DNA of 64,000 nucleotides, from NCBI RefSeq assembly GCF_036321535.1, contig NC_087437.1:88166001-88230000 (forward strand). Reading direction: 5' to 3'. This stretch comes from Camelus dromedarius. Lineage: Eukaryota. Under the pieces are notes generated by a model. The model ran no database searches. It saw nothing but the letters and a program-made list of their open reading frames with translations, and was not told where the DNA came from. This document shows positions 12,940-24,135 of the stretch, in pieces (the stretch's first letter is position 1; every line of letters starts with the position of its first letter). The position numbers were made by a program, and so were the translations under genes.

Positions 12940-14300
12940 GGATGAGTCTCATGAAAACGCACTGGTTATTGTCATGAGCTGCCAAGCAGTCGTCCTAAAG
13001 GGCCATTGGCCTAGGCCAGTTTTATATTAATGTACAAATTTGAACTAACGAGCTAAATGGCCCCAGGCCACTGGGTTTAAAACCTTCTTCAGGCGTTTTA
13101 GGAGCCCCTGCAGCTATTGACATTGTGCTTAAATCTAGCAGTCTTCTACTTTGGTATGTTAGTGAAGTGTCAAAAAGATAATCAATTGGTGGTTGTTTCT
13201 CAAATCTGCAAAACTTGGAGTCTAAGGATGCATTAGGAGTCTTTGAGGAATCTTTTTTAAAAAAAGAGTTCATGAATTGCTCAAATGTATGCATTGTGAA
13301 TTAAGGATATTACTGTACATGGAATCATTCCCCCCCACCCCCGACCCAGCCCCGCAAAAGAACGTGAACAGACACATGCATATGCTAGAATTAATGCTTG
13401 TGCTTCCTTGGTACCAACAATTTTGATTGTTTAGAGTTCTTTTTTCTTTTAATTATGCGTGATGGGTTGGGGGTTCCAAATAAATCACTTCAAGGTAAAA
13501 AACACTATTAATGCTTATGTGTACATCACCCAATCCCCAGGTACATCGTTACTGGACTAGAAGTAAAAGAGCATCTGGACCAAATCCTTTTATATTTTAA
13601 CCCACTTGTCTTCTACCAATTAAGAAAATTTATCAACTGTATTACATATGTTTTTAATCCACATTGTAGAATATCCTTCTGTATTTATAATCAATCATAC
13701 TTATTATGGTCAGGAGTTTCCAACTTCATCAATGCCCCTGGATGTTTGTCTTTGCCCATAGAGTACTAATGATGTTTTATAAATAAACTTAGTCAACCTG
13801 CTTAATTTATTTGTATTCATTTTAATGACTAGTTACTAGGATGTTGCATAAAAGATGTTTAGATAAATCTTTTCAAATATACAATTCCAAGACTGAAATG
13901 CTTTTACTATTTAGCCTTATGCCATAAAATGTTTATATTATTTACACTGATCAACTGAAGACTAGATTACTATTTAGGCAATATAATTTTAGTCACAAAT
14001 TTATAATGGTTCAGAAAACAGACAGGCTGCAAAAGGTATTGATAAGCCATTAATGGTATATGCAAGGTGTCAAATAAAGCTATGTACGTATACATACAAG
14101 TGAAAGAAGGAAACTATTTTTTAAAGTTTTACAACTCTTTTATCAGAGTTCTATTTGCTTATAAATAGTTAATGGGCTAATAATCAGTAATTAATTGAAG
14201 TAAATCAGGATGGGTCAAGTTCTTCCCGAATTATCAGTTATTACACTATGTGACTACACATACAATTACACACACACAGAGTCAATACTTTGGATAATCT

Positions 14301-14458
14301 CCAAAGTGATTTTTAAACTTCAAGGTCTATATGAATCACCTGACGATATTGTTAAATATATATTTGGATTCAGTAGGTCTGGAGTGGGGCCTGAGATGCA
14401 CAAGAGCCAGCTGATGCTGATGCTGCTGGTACCCGAACCAAACTTTGGGTAGCAAGGT
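14301..14458. mobile_element. hAT-Charlie MITE (MER5A-like)
   Basis: 'gaatcacctg...ttgttaaa...gattcagtaggtctggagtggggcctgaga...gatgctgatgctgctggt...actttgggtagcaag'. Confidence 0.8.
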
Positions 14459-14657
14459 TTTAAAAGCAATATTTTTAATGTAATCCTAAATCATTAAAAT
14501 TATGTGTCACTTGTGTATACATTATAATAATTTACTAATTGACACTAAAATCACCACAATGTATTCACACAAAACATGCTACTTTTCACTGAAGTAGTTT
14601 TGGAACTTAAGGGTAAGAGAAGATAACAACTTTTCCAAAGTGATACAGAGCAAGTTA

Positions 14658-15130
14658 ATGTTTGTTCCAGGGATCATTTAATTTCAAAAAAATAAAAACC
14701 CACTTAAGCATAAAAGAATAAGCACAAAAGAGAATGGATTTGGACAATAAAAGAAATACGTTGGGAAGATCAAACCTCATGGCATTCAGGGGAGAAATTC
14801 CAGCTGGAACCACACAGGAGAGGACCAGAAGCTGAAGAGTCCCAGGACCCAAGCCAGCTCTTCACATCTCTCTCAGAAGAGTGTGGTTTCTTGATTCTGC
14901 TCCTGTCAGTAATCTGCTTTATGTTCTCTTGGTTGATTGTCTTCCTTTGCTCTACGTGAATATAAGTATCAGTATTCCAGCCCCAATACCTCATAACCTC
15001 CCAGGTCAAGCACATTCTCGCTACAATTTTGTGCTCCGAATTTAAACGCAGAGAAGAAAGAATCTGATTGGTTAGCTGGGCCTGGGTCCTAGGTACAGAG
15101 TCCCTCAACCTTTCAGGTGGGCTATGGGAA
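14658..15130 (-). mobile_element. Old MaLR (MLT1-type) LTR
   Basis: Reverse MLT1 hallmarks 'aaaaacccacttaagc...taagcacaaaagagaat' and 'gaaagaatctgattggttagct'. Confidence 0.55.
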
Positions 15131-16461
15131 GAGCCCGAGAAGGAAGCTCAGACAAGGCAGCAGACTGATTTATACGGTCACTGCAATGCAGAGCTGGCAC
15201 CAGGATATCTAGACCAAATGGTGCCTAAACACCATTCACTGCTCATAGCAAAAGAACATCTCCCAAGACCTTTTTTCAAAAAACTTAAAATGAGAAAATA
15301 AAATGGCTATTTCAACCATCTATTAGCACTGTATATTTGTGTCTTTGTTTCATAATCTTTTTGAGTAAGTCAGAGTTAAATGTCTTCACTACCAAACCAA
15401 ATAAGGATAAATCTAAAATTACATTTGAGGCTTGAACCACTTGCTTCAGCAAATGGACACCCAAAAGAGAAAATCTGGGTTTAATAAAAACTGGATGACC
15501 AATTAATCAATGTTCAAAAGAACTCTGGTTGAGGAAACTATGTATAAGGTAAGCATCTTATCAAGGCTTCATGGCTTGATGTATATACAGTCAAACTGGA
15601 TTCGGGAGATCTAGGGTCAAATGCTGATTTGCTATACCAACAAAGAATCGTGCCCTATGTCTGATTTCAGTTTCCTCTTTAGTGAAATCTGTAAATTGGA
15701 AGAGGCTTTTTCAGATGTCAAATACCTATAATCTAATAATCTATAGTTCTGTAATAAAAGCAATGACAATTCTCCCTTCCTTTCCTTTTTCTTTCTTTCT
15801 TTTTTCGCCCTCCTTCCTTTGTCTTTCTGTCGTTCTTTCTTTCTTTTTCTCTGTTAGTGACCCTTGTTTTTAGGGATTTAATCAATTATTTATAAATCCT
15901 TTGACAAAGATGTTTCTGATAGGCGATGGTAGCATATCATTCTTATATTAAACAATTGTGATATTAGCTCCATCACAAAAATATCTGCAGCTCCGCCCAA
16001 GAGATCCAGATGCAAACTAACTGTTCTTCATTGCAGGATAGATGAAAACAAAACAAAGCCCCCAAGGATGCACAATAATATCATTTTGCTTCATTTAAAA
16101 ATGCTGCATTTGAATATGTGTAGAGTTGGCAGCTCAAAAGGAACATGACCTTGACTTAAAATGTGTTTCTTCCAACATTTTACAGTAGTTAAAGAGATTA
16201 ATAACAAACAATGACAACTGTGAAGTTGATAACTGAGTTTAAAAATTCCCTGAAATAATTATGTCTTAATGAACAGAACAAAGAATTTGAGGGACATGGC
16301 ATAATGACTAAACAGAGACTGGAACAGGTTATTTTATGACCTGTTAAAAAGACTCTATTAAAAAAGGAGCTAAGTGGGTGACATATATTGAGAAGCAGCA
16401 AAGTATTAATAAATGACTTTAAGTGATGATGGTTCTGACAGACAAGCAAGTAAAACATAAA

Positions 16462-18358
16462 GAGGGTTCAAATGGTTCCTGGGGCCCAGAACCTGGGGGA
16501 CCCCAGAGCCGGTGGCCAACATTTCTGCAGCTAAGACAGGGATACAGGCAGTTTCAACAAAGAGTACTCTGTAAGCCCATATAACAAGTGACAGACAAAG
16601 CCACAGGTGCATCTCCCAGTGGACATCTCCTGTAGAGGTATACTCAGTGACTCTTTTTCTCAGCTGAAGTGCTCCAACTCTGCCTACCACACACCACAGC
16701 TCAGAAACGAGTCTATAAGCCTCTATTCCAGTAACAGATGAGCAGACCCGGCCCCTGTCAAGGCTGTGACAACTACAAAACAAAAAAGGAGGCATTGTCC
16801 AACAACAACAATCAGGGCAGGCTCTAAATACCACAATACCAACCACACCCCCAAAGGGATAACAGCAACATACATGGAAGAAAGAGGTGGCAACCATCCA
16901 CACGAAGAACAGCCCTCGCAACAAAACTATTAGATGCATTTAGTCTACACGGGGATGCTACCACTTTAAATAAAAACAAACAACAAAAAAACAGCCCTTC
17001 AGGACCACAGTAGATGACTGATACTACTAAATCCATAAAGCCAGAGAAATACAAGTAAAATGAAGAAGCAGAGGAACTATTCCCAATTAAAACAACAAGA
17101 GAAGTCCCCTGAAAGAACAAACAATGAGACCGACCTCAAAAGTCTACTAGATCATGACTTCAAAAAGGGGATGATAAAAGCACTGAAGGAAATAAGAGAG
17201 ACTATGAATAGAAACACAGAATACTACGAAAAAGAAATAGAAGTTATAAAGAGGAGCCAATTAAAAACAGAAAACTCAATGTCTGAAATAAAAGCCCATC
17301 TAAAGGCAGTCAAAAGCCAACTAGACAATGCAGAAGAACAAATAAATGACTTAGAAGACAGGATAACAGAAGTCACCCAATCAGAACAGCTGCTAGAAAA
17401 ACAAGTAAAAACCAATGAAAGCAATATAAAGGACCTATGGGATAATATAAAGCATGCCAACTTATGCATAATAGGGCTTTCTGAAGGAGAAGGATGAGAA
17501 AAGGTATCTAAAGAAATCATGACTGAAAACTTTCCAAACCTAAAGGAAGAAATAGACATCCAAGTACAGGAAGCACAGAGGGTCCCAAACAAGAAGAACC
17601 TGAACAGACCTACACCAAGACATATTATAATTAAGATGGCCAAAGTTAAAGATAAAGAAATGATTCTAAAGGCAGCAAGAAAAAACCAAGAGTTAGTTAT
17701 AAGGGAACCCCTGAAAGGCTTTCAGCTGATTTCTCTGCACAAACACTGCTGGCCAGAAGGGAGTGACAAGATACATCCAAGTCCTGAATGAGAAAAAGCT
17801 GCAACCCAGGATACTCTATCTGGCAAGACTATCCTTTAGAATAGAAGGAGAGAGAAAAAATTTCACAGACAAGCAAAAACTGAAAGAATTCAGCAATACG
17901 AAACCTGTCCTAAAAGAAATCTTGAAAGGTCTACTCTACATAGAAAATCAGCAGGAAGGTATAGAAATGAGAAAACCATAATTAGAAATGCTACAACTAC
18001 AATGACTTGCAAGAGAATACGCATGAAGATATTAAAAAAAAAAAAGGACATCAAAATCATAAAAGGTGGGAGAGTGGAACAAGAAAATATAGATTTTTTT
18101 CTCTTTTTTATTTTTTTTCATTTCAGTTTTTTCTTTTCTTCTTCTTAGGATGGGTTTGAGCTTACATGACTACCAGTCTAAAGCAAACATAATAAACAAC
18201 AAGTTTATATGTATAGCACAGGGACTTATACTCAATATCTCATAGTAACTTATGGTGAAAAAGACTGCAAAAGAATGTATGCATATTCAGGTATGACTGA
18301 AGCATTATGTTATACACCAGAAATTGACACAACATTGTAAACTGAGTATACTTCAATA
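16462..18358 (+). mobile_element. LINE-1-derived element: 5' UTR + ORF1 + spacer joined directly to the L1 3' terminus, no ORF2 (HAL1-like)
   Basis: ORF1 homology at 17060-17939; spacer to ~18190; then 3' end 'ataaacaacaag...gtatagcacaggga...acaccagaaattgacacaacattgtaaactga...cttcaataa'. Confidence 0.88.
17060..17939 (+). pseudogene. Disrupted L1 ORF1p (coiled coil, RRM, CTD)
   Basis: Motifs 'AEEQINDLEDR', 'DLWDNIK..NL.IIG', 'ENFPNL', 'IQVQEAQRVP', 'TPRHIIIK', 'ILKAAR', 'QPRILY.ARLSF', 'F.DKQKLKEF', 'L.EILKGLL'; in-frame TGA at 17495-17497 plus frameshifts near ~17685 and ~17775. Confidence 0.92.
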
Positions 18359-18360
18359 AT

Positions 18361-18362
18361 AT

Positions 18363-18424
<62 letters not shown>
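18361..18424. repeat. Perfect (ATTT)16 microsatellite
   Basis: Counted directly. Confidence 0.97.
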
Positions 18425-18425
<1 letters not shown>

Positions 18426-19659
18426 TATATAAATCAACCAGGTAATAAGCAGGTTATTTTCAGTGTGCATAGGGATACGAAATCTCAGTTCTATTCAGAC
18501 AAGTAAAAGTCAGGAAAAGAAGGATGTTTAGAATGCTCCATTTTCATAAGAAAGGATCTTTGCAAAAAAGGTGCTGGCTAAATCATCCTGAAAGATGAAC
18601 CCAGATTCCCATATGCCGGTATCTTTGCTTACTAACACCATAAATCTGCACTGTTTGGCATTCTTCCCCTTGTAGTCAGCAAATGACCCTCCAAGTCATT
18701 CACAACTGTGGAAATGTTTATATATTAGTATTTAGAAAATATGGAAGTAAGACATATAGATATAGTACAATGTATGTTAAATTTAGGAATAGGTTTTTAA
18801 TCCACATGATAACTTGTGTACAGTTTGTTCATTAAGTCTGTAAATGCTAAAGATAATTTGACATCAGAGGATCTGTCATGTTGAATTTGTCATTTTAATT
18901 TATTTAAGAAAGTGTGATTGATTAATTAAACTTAGGGTTTTTAATTTGGGTTTTTCAGGATTATTTGATGTGAGAATTTTCATTTTAAGAGGGATTAAGG
19001 GATGCATTTTTTTACTTATGATTTTAAACTGATAACTGTAAGATAAAAATTGTTTGTATGTAATTTTTGATTTTTAAAATATTTGATACTATAATATTCC
19101 AGAAATGTAGACTTTTTATATTTACAAGTAGTGGTTAAATTTTAAGAGACTATTGTTTATTAGATTTGTAAATCTTTCTTGTTAGGTGTTTGAAATGCTT
19201 GAGGGTTTTGGATGTGTTAAAATTTATAACTGTAATTTAAAATGTCTAAGGAAATTGAATTAATTGGGTTTATAAATGATTCCAAATATTTAGCAGAAAT
19301 CAATCTGTCAAACTTACAAGTAAATTGAGCTTTGATCAAAGAACAAGGAAGTACTGCATGGTTTTTACTTTAACAAAAATACTAGATTTATATATGCATT
19401 TATTAGAATTTCTCTCTGAAGATTTAAGAACTAATTTAAATTGTAATTTTAATAAATTGAATGCAAGTTAAAATATGCACCACTGTAAACATTCTTTTTG
19501 TGTATATGCACAAAATTTCTTACTGGACATCAAGAAATAATTGATTTGAGATGTAGTGGGGGAACACTTTCAGTAGGAACTCACCTTTCTCCTAGCACTG
19601 GCATCAATATGTGAGTACGTAAAAAATAAATTTTATTTTGAAGTAATTTGAAATGATGA

Positions 19660-19945
19660 GAAGGGCCCTTCTCATCCCATATCATGTACCTATCCTTTTA
19701 GAGGGTTCATGATATCTATATGCTATTACTGGTAATGTTAATGTTGGATGAAGTGGTTTTGCCAGGTTTCTTTCACTTGAAGTTATTATTTTTTGTCTTT
19801 CAATATCCTATTCTAAGTCTAGCTCACACTCAAAGGAAGGGGTTGGAAATTAAGCTTCACCTCCTGGAAGCAGTAGTTATCTACATATATTATTTGGAAT
19901 CCTTCTGTAAAGAAGATATGTCTCTTCTCTCCCAATTATTTATTA
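19660..19945 (-). mobile_element. Old L1 (L1MC/MD-like) 3' UTR fragment
   Basis: 'ttactggtaatgttaa...tgccaggtttct...aattaagcttcacctcctggaag...atttggaatccttctgtaaagaagat...tctcttctctccc'. Confidence 0.7.
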
Positions 19946-21084
19946 ACTTCTCAAAAACTCCGATCTAAAATTACTTGTCCTTGTTCCTTAAAGGATTGCT
20001 ACAAGGATCCATAATGGATATGAGTAGATATGAAGTTTTATGAAAATCACCAAATTTTAAGCAATTATATTCCCTCAAGAATATTTTTGAGGTTGTTTTA
20101 AAGTATATATTTATAACTAGGAGTAAATTTTACCTAAGTGTGTTAATTCACTAAATAGCATCTTGAATTATTTTTGCTTCCTTGAGATGCCACGAAAAGC
20201 AAACACTTCATCAGTGAAAGGCATGTTTTGGATTATCAATTGGATAACACAGTCTTTAAAAGGAGCACACTGCATAGATGTTACCTATGATTGCCTTATA
20301 TTACCTGGGTCTGTGCTGGGCAGTTCAGGATATAAGGTACATATTAGGTAAGAACCACAGATATTCTAAACTTCCCATTAAAATCATAAGATCACCTTTG
20401 TTATAGTTGTCTTTTAATAATTTGATACAAGGAAATGTTAATGAAATTTTAAGATATTTTTACTATTCCACTGAAATCCCAATTCTACTTTCAACAGAGG
20501 TCACTGGTGTAAGACCTGAGGTCTAAATTCAAAGTTACCATGCCTAAATCAGAGTTAAATTATTAACCTTATTTTCATATTAGAATTTCACTTATCAGAC
20601 TCAGCATACTGGCAATTACTCAGTACAATAGGTTTCCAGTTATTTAAGAATCAAATGGTCACTGTCAAATGATCAAACATGGGCTCATTTAAAGGAAACA
20701 AGAAAACAATTTTGTGGCTGTATGGATCACCAGACAGGACAGCCTCATTTTCAAAGAAAGGATCTTTTAACTGCCTAACATTTTCCCTGTAGCATCTCAA
20801 ACCTAGATATATATGGCTTTTTTTTCACCTTCTAATCTTCTCAATAAAATAACTCGTTCCAATTTGGAGGAAAAAGATGTTCTCTAGGCTTACACTGATA
20901 AAATTAGATCTTTTGTGTTTCAGAAATGTCAAAGTCTTCTCGGAACAACCTAAACATGAAAATAGTCTTCCATTAGAGTTGGGGAATGGCAGATGCTAGG
21001 ATGAAAAATGTGATTATTTTTGTATTGCAAATTTATTCATTCACAATTTGAGGAATATATCTCCTTCAGTTTCTTCTAAAATAA

Positions 21085-21690
21085 TAGTAATTATAGATGT
21101 TAGTATTTCTTTAGTGCTTATTTTGCACTAAGTACTGTGTTATACACTTTACACTCATTATCTCATTCAATCTTCAAAACATCCTTCAAATAAGTACTTT
21201 TTAAAAAATTGAAGTGTAGCTGATTGACAATGTTAGTTTCAGGTGTACAGCAAAGTGATTCAGTTTTTCATATACATGTATGTATTTTCTTTTCCAATTC
21301 TTTTCCATTACATATTATTACAAGAAATTGAATATAGTTCCCTGTGCCCTACAGTAAGTAGGTCCTTGTTATTTATCTATTTTATATACAGTAACGTGTG
21401 ACTGTTAATCCCCAACTCCTAATTTATTCCTCCCCCCTCTTCCTCCTTTGGTAACCATAGTTTGTTTTCTAAGGTTTGTGAGTCTGTTTTTGGTTTGTAC
21501 ACAGAATTTGTATCATTTTTTTTAGATTCCACATATAAGTGATATTATATGATATTTGTCTTTCTTGTCTGGAAGTAAGTACTTTTACTCTCCCATTTCA
21601 CATCTGAGGACACTAAGTTTTAAAGAAGTGAATAGTTAATAAGGGACCAAGAAGGAATAGACTGCAAAGTCTATGCTCATAGCCATTATT
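21085..21690 (-). mobile_element. MIR SINE split by an L1 insertion
   Basis: 'attatctcattcaatcttcaaaacatcc...taagtact' resumes as 'tctcccatttcacatctgaggacactaag' after the L1. Confidence 0.7.
21202..21572 (-). mobile_element. 5'-truncated cetartiodactyl-type L1 3' end with TSD
   Basis: 'ttgaagtgtagctgatt..caatgttagtttcaggtgtacagcaaagtgattcag...gaatatagttccctgtg...ttagattccacatataagtgata'; TSD TAAGTACTTTT at 21191-21201 and 21576-21586. Confidence 0.9.
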
Positions 21691-22469
21691 TTATACTCCT
21701 AAAATAATTAAATAGTCAGAGTTCCTGATATGAAAATTTGTGAAATTAGATGGAGTTTTTGACAGTTCATAAAGTCCATTTTTTTGACTCACAGTGCTTC
21801 TTACTCATCTTCAATCATTTAGTAATTTCATGCCTCTACTTTAATGCTTTACAAAATATGTACTCACATTACAGTGTTATCTTCTCTTGGGTTATTAAAA
21901 TTTCAGTGGGAAGACTCATTAAATTTGATAAGATTCTAATTAAGTTTTACTTCAGCTGTTTACTTTGAAAATGTCAAAACTGGAAGAACAATGAAAGAAT
22001 AATATACTGAGAATCCAAACAAGCTCACCTATATTTACCAACTGTTAACATGTTGATACACCTGCTCTCTCTCTGCATCTGTCAGTCCCTCTCATTCTCT
22101 CTCTCCCTCCCCTTTCGCTCTCCTTACATATGCAGGGATGCTCTTCAGTACATGCATATATACACAGAAACCTCCATACACACTTTTTTAACTGAACTAT
22201 TTTAAGGGTTTGTTGAAAATTTTAATTTTAGGTTGTAATGAATAAGTTGGAGAAGTATTTCTTTAAAAGTTTGTTCCTATAAATAAAGTAATCCAGTTAA
22301 CATTTCTAAAATCAACACTAGTTCTAACCAGGTTTCCAATAACCACTATTATCAGAAGAAAATGAGTTTTTCTTTATTCCACTTAGGTTTTTGACATTTT
22401 CTACTTGTCTTTTTATTGATGATGTCTTTTAAAGAGTTGACTAATTTTGGTGAAAAAGTGTATCTTTTA

Positions 22470-23450
22470 AAAAATCAGTATTATTGAGATGCAATATATG
22501 TATGCATTTTGACAGCTATATACACCTGAAAACCACCCTGCAATCAATATACAAAACTTTTCTAACACTTCTCCAATATTTACTCGTACCCCATTTGCAG
22601 TCCATTATTCCCTTTGCTCTGGGATCAGGCAACCACTTATTTGTGTCTTCTGTCACTACAGGTTACTTTGCATTTCTAAGAATGTATATAAATGTAATCA
22701 TGCTGTATGTACTTTTTTGTGTCTGGCTTCTTACACTCTTCATAGTGATTCTGAGATCCATCCATGCCACTGAGTGTATTTGTAGTTTCTCCATTTAATG
22801 CGGAGTAATATTTCACCGATAGGTGAAGGTTTGTTATTGCCATTTTGTTTACTGTTTTCTGTATGTCTTATAGCTATTTTATCATTCTTTTCTCCTCTTA
22901 CTATCTGCCTTTGTGTTTGGTGTTTTTTTGTAGTGACATACTTGATTCCTTTCTCACTTTCTTTTGTGTATATTCCTAGATATTTTCTTTTCGGTTACCA
23001 TGGGGATTACATTAAACATCTCACAGTTATTAAAATCTATTTGAAACTAATAACAACTTAACTTCAATTGCATACAAAACTCTACTACTTTGCATCCTCC
23101 CTATTTCATGGTATCGATGTCACAAATTGTATGGTTTTTATATTTTGTATCCATTAGCCTAATAATGTTATAGTTTCTTTAATGCCTTTATCTTTTAAAT
23201 TCTATACTAGAATTAAAGTGACTTATGTACCACCATTACAGTGTTACAGAATTCTGTATTTGTGTATATATCTACCTTTTCCAGAGTTATATTTTTACAG
23301 GCTTTCATGTTGCTATCTGGTATTCTTTCATTTCAACTTGAAGGACTTCCTTTAGCATTTCTTGTAAGACAATTCTAATGATGAACTTATTTAGCTTTTG
23401 TTTATCTGGAGAAGTTTTTATTTCTTTCATTCTTAGAGGACAATTTGCAT
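22470..23450 (-). mobile_element. Old L1M fragments (3' UTR piece ~22470-22810; ORF1-end/spacer piece ~22810-23450)
   Basis: 'caggcaaccact...tttgtgtctggcttctt..actc...gagatccatccatg' followed by 'ttgccattttgtt...cctttagcatttcttgtaag...ttagcttttgtttatctgg'. Confidence 0.75.
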
Positions 23451-24013
23451 CTATTATTTCTCCTGGTTTGCTAATAATTTAAAAAGGCACGACCCTACAA
23501 GATTCAGATAGTGGACCAGAATATTTGTTGCAAATAAATGTGCACGGATGCTCAGTACAATAAAGCTAACTCCACAGGGAATGCTAGATCCTTAAACACA
23601 TTTAATTCAACTCTAAATTATGAGCTAAGTAGAAAATGCTAATAATAGATGAAACTTTTGTTTGCATTTTATAGACACAGGCAAAAAGCAGAAAGGTTTT
23701 GCTCTAATTCTCTAGTAAAGCTATCTATTTTGGAGTTTCATTTTATTTATTCCTTACTTAAAATATATATTATATCTTTTCCTAAAGCTTTCAAAAATTT
23801 CAAACATGTTATATATTTAGATTTACATTTATGTAATTATATGTATTTGTATATATAAAATATTTCACCTAAGAAAATAAAATATAATCAGAAATATCAA
23901 ATATCAGCAAGTATAAAAGAATATTTTAAGAAGACCAGCTACCAAGATTTATGTTCCCCTAACTTTTCTATTTAAGCATATTCTTGTTAGCCACGTGCTC
24001 CCTTCCCATTTTC

Positions 24014-24135
24014 CTTTTTTTTATTATTTAAAAAAATGTTTTATGTAAGTTCAGTCAATTACAATGTGTCAATTTCTGGTGTACAGCACAATGACCCAGT
24101 TACGCATATACATACATATATTAATTTTCACATTC
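24014..24135 (-). mobile_element. Very short L1 3' end insertion with 10-bp TSD
   Basis: 'tacaatgtgtcaatttctggtgtacagcacaatgac' mirrors the 18300-18358 terminus; TSD TCCCATTTTC at 24004-24013 and 24136-24145. Confidence 0.85.

Noticed and set aside
16406..17643. Minus-strand ORFs of 177, 98 and 139 aa
   Set aside because: Antisense shadows of the L1 5' UTR and ORF1; the same 'ILIIICLGVGLF' text recurs opposite the second L1 at 33010-33228.
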